This document shows positions 48,027 through 56,128 of a DNA stretch of 64,000 nucleotides, piece by piece. Position numbers and translations under genes: made by a program. Each line of letters starts with the position of its first letter. Position 1 is the first letter of the stretch. The DNA lies in the NCBI GenBank assembly GCA_050287085.1, contig JBNKBE010000007.1, positions 1 to 64,000 on the forward strand. The letters are read 5' to 3'. Source of the DNA: Polyangiaceae bacterium (GTDB lineage Bacteria; Myxococcota_A; Polyangia; Polyangiales; Polyangiaceae). The notes beneath the pieces are model-generated. The model was not told the DNA's origin. It ran no database searches and worked only from the letters and a program-made list of their open reading frames with translations.

Positions 48027-48695
48027 TCATGCCCGCCGGCCCCAGCTTTCCTCCGCGATGGACAAGAGCTGCAGAGCCGCGTCCGGCGCGCCCATCGAAA
48101 TCACGGGCGTGTCGATCAGGCGAGCAAGCTCAGCACCATTGCCGTCGCTGGAGTGATCGGGCGCTACGTCGTTGAGCACGACCGCGTCGGCCTCCACCCC
48201 ACGGCTGGCTAACGCCGCCAGCGTTGACAATACGTCATGCAACACCCCGAGCCGATTGCTCGCGACGAGGACCACCGAGCAGCCGGGCAGCGCCAACGCC
48301 ACATCCAGCATGCGTTCGCTCTCGCTCAAGGGTGAGAATGCACCGCCCGCGGTTTCGACCCAAAAGCGCGGGCGCGACAGCACGTGTGCCGCCCGCTCTG
48401 CCCAGGCCGCCAGCTCTCCCGCCCGAAGCGTGAGCCCGCGTTCCCGCGCGACCCAATGCGGGCTGACCGGCCGCGGCGCCGTGAAGCACGGTGTCACCAG
48501 CTCGTGGCCCGCCGCCGCGGCCAGAGCCGCCGCATCGCTCGAGGCCGCCTTGTACCCCGTCTCGGCGGGCTTCAGCCCAGCCCAAAGCTCCCGACGACCC
48601 GCCGTCGCGGCCAGGACTTGCGCACCCACGTAGGTCTTCCCTACGTCCGTGCCCGTACCCAGGACCACTACACCGCTGAGCGCTGGGCCGCTCAC
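48027..48695 (-). CDS. bioD: Dethiobiotin synthase
   Basis: 'GTGTDVGKT', 'LKPAETG', 'VETAGG'. Confidence 0.93.
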   Translation of the reverse strand: MSGPALSGVVVLGTGTDVGKTYVGAQVLAATAGRRELWAGLKPAETGYKAASSDAAALAAAAGHELVTPCFTAPRPVSPHWVARERGLTLRAGELAAWAERAAHVLSRPRFWVETAGGAFSPLSESERMLDVALALPGCSVVLVASNRLGVLHDVLSTLAALASRGVEADAVVLNDVAPDHSSDGNGAELARLIDTPVISMGAPDAALQLLSIAEESWGRRA

Positions 48696-49900
48696 AGCTG
48701 TTCACCCGCCGCGGACATCGCCGCCGAGAATCCCAAGACGGCGTCCGCAACACGCTGGATGTCGTCCCAGGTGAACGTTGCCTTGACGGTCAGCCGGATC
48801 CGGGCGGCCCCCTCCGGGACCGTCGGAGGCCGGATGGCGACAGCGCGGATCCCCTGCTGGGCCAACCAGGCCGCGCAGGCCAGGGCCCGTCGCTCGTGCC
48901 CCAGAACCACCGGCACAATGGGCCCCCGTCCGGCAACAACCTGCGCTCCACCAGCCGCCAACGCGCTCCGCAGGGCCGCCCCAAGCCCTTCAAGTCGCCT
49001 TCGGGACGCCTCTGCCGCCCGTACCTGCCCCAAGCGCGCTTCCACAGCCGCGCAGAGCGTCGGCGACGGAGCGGTGCTGTACACAAACGACCGCCCGCGG
49101 TTCCAGATGAGGCGGATCAAGTCCGCGGAGCCCGCAACAAAGGCGCCCTGGAGACCGAAGGCCTTTCCAAAGGTACCCACCAGGGCTGTTGGCCTGATGC
49201 CCGCTTCGGCACACAGGCCACGGCCCTGAGGGCCGAAGACACCGAGCGCGTGCGCCTCGTCCACTATCAGGCCTGCGTGGTGCCGGTGTGTGAGGCCGGC
49301 GAGGGCCGCGAGCTCGGGCACGTCGCCGTCCATGCTGAAGTAGGACTCCGTCACCACCCACTTCGCTCCCGAGGAGGGCACGCGCAGGGCTTCGTCCACC
49401 GCTTCAACGCTGAGGTGGGGGCAGACGGTCCGTGCTGCGCCGCTCAAACGAACTCCGTCGATCAAGGAGGCGTGATTGAGCGCGTCGGCAACAACATGGT
49501 CTTCGGGTAGAGCAAGCGCCCCCACAACCGCCAAATTCGCGGCATAGCCGGACGAGAATAGGACTGCGCACTCGGTCCCCAACCAGCGCGCCACGGCTGC
49601 CTCGAGTCGCCGATGGGCTGGTTTGGTGCCGAAAACGAGGCGGCTCGCGCCCGCCCCGGACCACGTTTCACGTGGAACATGCGTCAGGCCCAGGTAGTCG
49701 TTGCTCGCCACGTCCAGGGCGGAGCCCGACCGATCTGGCTTGCGTAGGGCGCCTGCGTCGCACACCCGATAGCGATCGCTCCTCAGCATGGCCACGACCC
49801 GCTCCCGCAGCACCCCGCCGATCGCGCGGCGTTGCTGCACACGACGAGCGATTGCCCTCCTGAGGAGCCCCGCTCTACCCACGCCACGACGCCACTGCAT
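48692..49900 (-). CDS. bioF: 8-amino-7-oxononanoate synthase
   Basis: 'SNDYLGL', 'SSGYAAN', 'NHASLIDG', 'FSMDGD', 'VDEAHA', 'TFGKA'; start may lie further downstream. Confidence 0.93.
   Translation of the reverse strand: MQWRRGVGRAGLLRRAIARRVQQRRAIGGVLRERVVAMLRSDRYRVCDAGALRKPDRSGSALDVASNDYLGLTHVPRETWSGAGASRLVFGTKPAHRRLEAAVARWLGTECAVLFSSGYAANLAVVGALALPEDHVVADALNHASLIDGVRLSGAARTVCPHLSVEAVDEALRVPSSGAKWVVTESYFSMDGDVPELAALAGLTHRHHAGLIVDEAHALGVFGPQGRGLCAEAGIRPTALVGTFGKAFGLQGAFVAGSADLIRLIWNRGRSFVYSTAPSPTLCAAVEARLGQVRAAEASRRRLEGLGAALRSALAAGGAQVVAGRGPIVPVVLGHERRALACAAWLAQQGIRAVAIRPPTVPEGAARIRLTVKATFTWDDIQRVADAVLGFSAAMSAAGEQL
49664..49679. promoter_or_regulatory. parS-like site inside bioF
   Basis: CGTTTCACGTGGAACA; reverse complement TGTTCCACGTGAAACG. 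Confidence 0.75.
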
Positions 49901-50593
49901 GCGCCGGTGCTACACCTAGTCCGCCGCCGCAGCAATACCGCCAGCTCGCTCCTTCCCGGCACACAGGACCCCCCCTGCGCCCAGCGCGGGCCGCGCCAGG
50001 CTCACCGAGCGCGGCCCGGCCCGCGACAGACCCAAGTACCAGCCAAGTACAAGCTCTCCCCCGCGCCGCAGCGGCCGCCGAGGCGGCCCGGCGACGCTAC
50101 GCACCACGCCCGAGCACGCGCCCGAGGGCCCCTCGTTCCGCACCCACCGCGACGCAAACGCCTCAGAAGGCACCGCCCTTCGAGCTCGAGGGCGTCTAGG
50201 GCGTCTAGGGCGCGAGCTTGGCGACGCCAATCGCCACCAGGATCTTCAATGGCGCGAAGACGCCACCGTGGGAACCCTCACGCAACGGGCGCCGGCCCCT
50301 GAATCCGGCCCGAGTCGGCCGGGGCCCGCCGGGCTGCAGCGCGTCCTGCCGACTTTCGCCCGCCAAGGGCCCCGAGAGCAGCCCATCGAGCATCAGCCCT
50401 TCCAGCGTGGCGGCGCCGGGGAGGCCGCCCGACGAGCCCGACGCACGCGGAAGGCCCTCGCGGCCGCTTCGTGCACCGCGGAGCGCGCTCGCCCGAGCCT
50501 CGCGCCCTGCGTAGGGCCCCCACACCTCACGCCCGCGCAGGGCGCGGGCGCCAGCTGGACGCCCCGCGAAGGGCCTCACGCGACGCCGACGCC

Positions 50594-50659
50594 TCGTGAA
50601 GGACGCTCACCGTCGTGAAGGACGCCCACCGTCGTGAAGGACGCTCACCGTCGTGAAGG
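50594..50659. repeat. 19-bp tandem repeat x3.5
   Basis: Unit TCGTGAAGGACGCYCACCG. Confidence 0.95.
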
Positions 50660-50865
50660 CCCCTCCTACCAGCCTAAGGCGGACGGAGCGGGCTCACGCG
50701 AGCTGGACGCCCGGCAGAAGGCCCCCACGCGACGCCGTGAGGGCTGCTCAGGCCCGCTCACGCGCACGGGGCGCGCTCACGCGGTTGTGACGCCCGGCGC
50801 AAGGGCCTCACGCGAAGCTGACGCCCACGGAAGGCCCCCCACGCTCGGAACCGCTGCGCCGCGCC

Positions 50866-50937
50866 GCCCGTGACTGCAGCCCGTGACTGCAGCCCGTGAC
50901 TGCAGCCCGTGACTGCGGCCCGTGACTGCGGCCCGTG
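50866..50937. repeat. 13-bp tandem repeat x5.5
   Basis: Unit GCCCGTGACTGCR. Confidence 0.95.
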
Positions 50938-51022
50938 GCTTTCGCGCACCCGTCTCCTGACGCCGGAGTTTCGGAGGCGTGCGGACCTCGCCCCCCAGCC
51001 TTCATGGGCGAACGCCCGGCGA

Positions 51023-51038
51023 TGTTGCACGTGAAACG
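51023..51038. promoter_or_regulatory. parS-like site
   Basis: TGTTGCACGTGAAACG, fitting TGTTNCACGTGAAAC. Confidence 0.65.
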
Positions 51039-51914
51039 TTCGTTGCCACGCACCGCCGCTGCCGCGCCGCCTTACCACGCCCCCCGGTGCCGCACCGGCT
51101 CCTGCCACGCACCGCGACGCTCTTCCCTCGCCGCCGGCCCCCTCAGCCGCTAGCCCGATCCGCGCTGATTGCGGCCGAAAACCGGCTCGGCGCGACGCGC
51201 CAAGCCATCGCGGCGGGGACCGCACATCCCCGCCCGCAGGCTGTGCGGAGCCTACCGCCCCAATCCGTGCCTCACTCACCCTAAGGCCCCAATAGCGCGG
51301 TGCCGTGCCTGCGAACGACGTCCGGCGAGCTTCGGACGTTGCTGCGAAGGCACACGCCCTCTCATGCGCCCGCAACGCCCCGTCCGCCGCGCCCACCTCG
51401 GCCTGATGCTCCCTAGCCGCCGAGGCGCCCAGCTCTCCACCACACCGGATGCTCCCCACCGCGCCGTGAGCCGCCGCCACTTAGGCGTCGCGCCGCCGCC
51501 CTGCCCCCCGGGAACACCTCACGTCCAGCGTCCGACCAGCTCCGACGCTGCCGCTATCATCGCCCAGGCGCCCCTTTCGCCTGCGAAGAACCTCAACGGC
51601 ACCCACCCCTCGGCTCCGACGGGACCCCACGCTCCAGGTGACGCCCTGCAGTCCTCCGAAAGCGCCGCCCAGGAGGCCGCGACCCATGGACCACGGCGCA
51701 GCTCTCGGCGCCCCAACCCCCGGGGGCTCGCGGTCAAGACGCGCAGCTTGCACGCCCCAATCCGCAGCCCGCTCCCCCTCCGGCGCCTCTGGAGTCCGCT
51801 AAACGCGCCATAACTATGCATAATTATTGGCTCTTTCAAGACGGCCTAATAAGAACATCGCCGTCTATATCAAAGCTTGTCTTGAGCCCCATAAAGACAC
51901 TAGCGTTCTGCACA

Positions 51915-52484
51915 ATGTATGCGCCGCGCAGAGGCACCTACGACCGCTCTGCCAGTGCCTCTGAGCGCGCCCGTCGCCAGCGCGAGTTGCTCCTGGCGCG
52001 CGGCGCCGAAGTTCTCGCCGCTCATCTCCCTGAGTCCTGCTCCGTAGCGGACGTCTTAGGCGCCACCGGCCTGGGTCGTGCAACCTTCTACGGACACTTT
52101 CCCGACGTCGGAGCCTGGCGCGACGCCGTCCTCGAGAACCTGCTCGCCGACCTAGCTGCTGCCTTGCAGCTGGGCGACGCCGACGTGACGCCGGTCGCCC
52201 GTCTCACCGCAGTGGCCACCGCCTGGCTCGGGTGGGCAGCGCGCCACGGCGACGCCTACCGCTGCCTGGCGGCCTGGCGTCGTGATGCGCTCGTCCACGC
52301 GGCGCGCCTCGCTCTCACCGACGCTCAAACGCTGGCGGCCGCTGCCGGCTTAAGCCCGGCAGAGGGGTCACCTTGGCGCCTCATTGCTGGCGCCGGGGTA
52401 CTGCTCGCGCTCGGTGACGCGGCGGCCGAGGCCCTTGCCCAGGGCCCGCACGCTCTTGACCCGCTGATCCGCGTCTTGTTCTAA
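51915..52484 (+). CDS. TetR/AcrR-family transcriptional regulator
   Basis: HTH 'SVADVLGATGLGRATFYGHF'. Confidence 0.8.
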   Translation: MYAPRRGTYDRSASASERARRQRELLLARGAEVLAAHLPESCSVADVLGATGLGRATFYGHFPDVGAWRDAVLENLLADLAAALQLGDADVTPVARLTAVATAWLGWAARHGDAYRCLAAWRRDALVHAARLALTDAQTLAAAAGLSPAEGSPWRLIAGAGVLLALGDAAAEALAQGPHALDPLIRVLF

Positions 52485-52744
52485 GGGCGCGCGAGTAGGC
52501 CCGTTACCGTACGCCCACCGCTCCTCTTGCGCTGACGGGTGACCGCGTGGCCACGCTCCGCGCACTACTCAAGCCGCCGGGCAACACGCGCTGCTCAGCA
52601 CGCCCACCTCGCGGCGACCTCCACCCGCTCGGGACGGAGTCCCGGAGCCCGCACGCCTTACGTCGCTCCAACGGCACCACGGCAAGCGTAGAGGGCGTCG
52701 TTCCCACCCATCTCGCCTCCTGTCCGAACACCGTGAACTGAAAC

Positions 52745-53485
52745 CTACGGTGCGTAACGACACACGTCTAATGCGGCAGCGCAGAAGCGGCAATCCACCG
52801 CGCTGTCCTGTCCGAGCTGACACGGCGCGTCCTCTTGGAAGGCACCACCGACGTCACTGCATACGGGTCCTTCGGGACTGTCGTCGATCGCGTCGAGCGG
52901 AAAGACGATCGAGCAGCCATAACAGACGTCAATCGCAAACGAGAACTCGGACGAAGTCACCGGCACGCCGCCGAGGGTCGTGCCGAATACCCGGCTGTAG
53001 GCGACCAAGGTCGCCGAGCCGTCTTTGGTCACTGCGTCGAGCACCCGGGTCGACGTCCCGACGCGGTCGGGGACCAGCGTAACGTGTGCAGCCCCGTACC
53101 CGGGCTGCGGTCCGCTCGCCGGCTTCACGAATCCGCCGAACTCGACGCTGAACTCGTCGACGACGCGGCCATCCAAGGTGACACGCACCTCGGCGCCCTC
53201 AAGGTTGATGCTCTGCGTCTCGGTTCGGAGCTGCGCCTTGTTGCCGCGTGGGGTGAGCTGGTTGCCCACCAAAAGCGTCGCGTCGTAGCGCGTGCGAAAG
53301 GCCAAGTCCAAGGACCCTCGGAGAAGTCGCAACGCGTCCCCGCTGGGAGTGACCGTACAATCACTAGACGACGGCACAAGAACACCTTCGAGCGTCACGC
53401 TGCTCTCGTTCTCGGCGCAGGCGGCCAGAGAAATGGCGGCGGCGGCCACGCATAAGGGGCGAAAGATCGGGGCGGTCTTGACCAT
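52745..53485 (-). CDS. Hypothetical lipoprotein with a Cys-rich C-terminus
   Basis: Lipobox LAAC; 'VCYGC', 'PCQLGQD', 'DCRFC'. Confidence 0.8.
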   Translation of the reverse strand: MVKTAPIFRPLCVAAAAISLAACAENESSVTLEGVLVPSSSDCTVTPSGDALRLLRGSLDLAFRTRYDATLLVGNQLTPRGNKAQLRTETQSINLEGAEVRVTLDGRVVDEFSVEFGGFVKPASGPQPGYGAAHVTLVPDRVGTSTRVLDAVTKDGSATLVAYSRVFGTTLGGVPVTSSEFSFAIDVCYGCSIVFPLDAIDDSPEGPVCSDVGGAFQEDAPCQLGQDSAVDCRFCAAALDVCRYAP

Positions 53486-53587
53486 GACACCCAATTCTAC
53501 GCCCGAACTGCTGGGGCAGCCAAAAGATGCGCGAATCCTTTGGCCTGCGGCTCCGCCGCCGCGCCAAAAGCCCTCAAATTGCGCCTA

Positions 53588-55159
53588 CTATCGGCCCAAG
53601 GTACGCATGTGCTCCATGAGCTCTGCAAGGGCCAAGCCCCGGAACTCGACCCGTCCAGGCTCCGGGCAGAGCACAAAGCGCACGCTATCGCCCCCGCGCT
53701 TCTTGTCATTGACTAGCAGCTTTGCCGCATCCTCCATGGGTTGGGCGGACAAGTCGGTTGGGAGCCCGACCGCAGCCAGCAACCGTGTCGCTCGCGCCCC
53801 CAAGGACTCGTCGGTCAATCCGAGCCTTGCCCCCAGCTTCAACGCGGCGACCAAGCCCAACGAAACCGCCTCCCCGTGCATCAGCCCGCCATAGCCCCCG
53901 TACGCCTCGAGAGCGTGCCCGATGGTGTGCCCGAGATTCAGGGCGGCACGCAGCCCGCCTTCCCGCGGGTCGCGGGAAACGATCCGCGCCTTGGTGGCGA
54001 CGCAGCGCCTCACGATTTCCAGAACGATCTCCGGATCCCGAGCGGAGACGGCGCGTATTTCGCGCTCCAGCAGGTCGAAGAGCACGGCATCCCCTAACAA
54101 GGCAGTCTTGACCGCCTCCGCCATGCCCGACCCGAAGCGCCGCGTCTCCTCGGTCGCCAGATACTCGACGTCGCAGAAGACGCGCTGGGGTTGCCAGAAC
54201 GCGCCCACGCAATTCTTTGCCCCCGGCAGATCCACCGCGGTCTTGCCCCCCACGGACGCGTCCACCATACCGAGCAACGTCGTTGAAACGCTCAGCCACG
54301 GCACGCCCCGCATCCAGGTCGCCGCCAGGAAGCCCGCGGTGTCGGTCACTACGCCGCCCCCGAACCCCACCACCTGGGTCGTCCTGTCGGCCCCCTTCGA
54401 CAGCGCAAAGTCCCACAGCTCCGCCAACGTGGCCGGTGTCTTGTGCTCCTCGCCGGGGGTCAGCACAAACTCAGCGCACGTGTCGCCGAGCGCCCCGAGC
54501 AGCGGCTGCCCGTGGATGGCCCGGACCGTGGAGTCTGTAACCAACAACGTCTTCGAGCTCCCCTCGGCGCAGACCTGAACCCGCGTCGGGGCCATAGCGC
54601 GGCCAACTTCTACGCTATAGGAATCCTCGCCTGCCAACACCCCCACCGGATCGCGCTCCCAGATCTCGAGCACGTCCGCCACGACGGCAGCCAGCTCACG
54701 CCCCTCGGTCTCAACCTGATCGTGGGCCTCCACGTAGCTGGCGCGCCGCGTTTCAAGCAGTCGCTCAATCCAGGCAAGCGACGCTCCCTTAACCAGGGGC
54801 CGGGTGTCGCCGTCGCGCTGCGTGCGCCGCTGCGCCTCTTCCGCGCCGACGCGGAGGTGCAACAAGATCGCCCGATCCGCCACCTCCAGTCGCGCGCTGC
54901 GCTCGAGAAGCGCGCCGCCGCCTACCGCCACCACGACCGGCCCCTCCAAGGAGAGCACAGAACTCAGCTCCCGACGCTCCAACTCCCGGAACCTCGCCTC
55001 GCCTTCCTGGGCAAAAAGCGCGGGTATCGATTTGGCGACCACCGACTCGATGCGCCGATCCAGGTCGATAAACGGAACTCCGACGCGACGAGCCACCTCG
55101 GCTCCCACAGATGACTTCCCACAACCCATGAACCCGTTTAGAACAAGCGAACGCCGCAT
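53588..55159 (-). CDS. aroKB: Bifunctional shikimate kinase / 3-dehydroquinate synthase
   Basis: 'GFMGCGKS', 'GGGA'; 'GEEHK', 'GGGVVTD', 'DASVGGKT', 'LNLGHTIGHA', 'HGEAV'. Confidence 0.95.
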   Translation of the reverse strand: MRRSLVLNGFMGCGKSSVGAEVARRVGVPFIDLDRRIESVVAKSIPALFAQEGEARFRELERRELSSVLSLEGPVVVAVGGGALLERSARLEVADRAILLHLRVGAEEAQRRTQRDGDTRPLVKGASLAWIERLLETRRASYVEAHDQVETEGRELAAVVADVLEIWERDPVGVLAGEDSYSVEVGRAMAPTRVQVCAEGSSKTLLVTDSTVRAIHGQPLLGALGDTCAEFVLTPGEEHKTPATLAELWDFALSKGADRTTQVVGFGGGVVTDTAGFLAATWMRGVPWLSVSTTLLGMVDASVGGKTAVDLPGAKNCVGAFWQPQRVFCDVEYLATEETRRFGSGMAEAVKTALLGDAVLFDLLEREIRAVSARDPEIVLEIVRRCVATKARIVSRDPREGGLRAALNLGHTIGHALEAYGGYGGLMHGEAVSLGLVAALKLGARLGLTDESLGARATRLLAAVGLPTDLSAQPMEDAAKLLVNDKKRGGDSVRFVLCPEPGRVEFRGLALAELMEHMRTLGR

Positions 55160-55189
55160 CCGCTCGCTCTTATGCTAGGAGCGCCCGTC

Positions 55190-55981
55190 GTGCAAATGGA
55201 CTTCGCGAAGTATCAGGGTCTCGGAAATGACTTCGTCATCGCCGAGGGGAACGTGCAGAACCTGCCTGCAGCGGAGCAGGTTCGTGCTCTATGCGACCGC
55301 AGGCACGGGATCGGCGGCGATGGTCTGCTTTGGATCACCCCCAGCGCGGCGGCCGAGGCGCGTATGATAGTCATCAACGCCGACGGCAGTCGCCCCGAGA
55401 TGTGCGGCAATGGCCTGCGCTGCGTCGCGCGCTATCTCGCAGACACGCGCGGCACCGGCGGAAGGTTTCAGGTGGAAACCGACGCCGGCGTCCTGAGCTG
55501 CGAACTCTTTCCCCGAGGAGAAGCCACTTGGGTGCGGCTGGGCCTGGGCCAAGCCATCCTTCTGCCCACGATCACTCCCACCTGGGAGGGTCAGACGCTC
55601 CGCTTTCGCCGGGTGAGCACGGGCAATCCACACGCCATCTTATTCGACGCCGACTTCACAGACGCCGCTATCGATCAGATCGGCCCGTGGTTGTCGGCGC
55701 AGATCCCTGGCGGCGCTAACGTTGAGTTCGTGAGCCAAGTGGCACCCGAGCACCTGGCCGTGGTCGTTTGGGAACGGGGCGTTGGGCGTACCCTGGCCTG
55801 TGGCACCGGGGCGGCCGCGGTTGTGGCTGCTGCCGCTGCCGAAGGGCGCGTCCGCTTCGACAACTCCGTCCTGGTATCGCTGCCCGGCGGCGACCTTGAG
55901 GTGTCCGTTCGCAAAGCGGACCACACCCTCACCCTCGCCGGACCCGCCGAGCGCGCCTTCGGCGGCTCTGTGGATCTCTGA
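55190..55981 (+). CDS. dapF: Diaminopimelate epimerase
   Basis: 'GLGNDF', 'NADGS..EMCGNG', 'GNPH', 'ERGVGRTLACGTG'. Confidence 0.96.
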   Translation: MQMDFAKYQGLGNDFVIAEGNVQNLPAAEQVRALCDRRHGIGGDGLLWITPSAAAEARMIVINADGSRPEMCGNGLRCVARYLADTRGTGGRFQVETDAGVLSCELFPRGEATWVRLGLGQAILLPTITPTWEGQTLRFRRVSTGNPHAILFDADFTDAAIDQIGPWLSAQIPGGANVEFVSQVAPEHLAVVVWERGVGRTLACGTGAAAVVAAAAAEGRVRFDNSVLVSLPGGDLEVSVRKADHTLTLAGPAERAFGGSVDL

Positions 55982-56128
55982 TCGAGGGCGGCCCGCCACA
56001 GCGCACCGCCACGCGGGACGCTTCGCGTCCGCGCGGCGGGACAACAGGAGATCGGGCGCGCTGGACAACAAAGTGGCGTGTTCTGCCGAAAACTCGGGCC
56101 GCGCGACGGGCTGTGATAACCGGAGGCC

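Noticed and set aside
50594..50937. CRISPR interpretation of the tandem repeats
   Set aside because: Head-to-tail units with no unique spacers
50758..51813. ORFs 50758..51480(-) and 51169..51813(+)
   Set aside because: Low-complexity, run through tandem repeats, no recognisable motif or RBS
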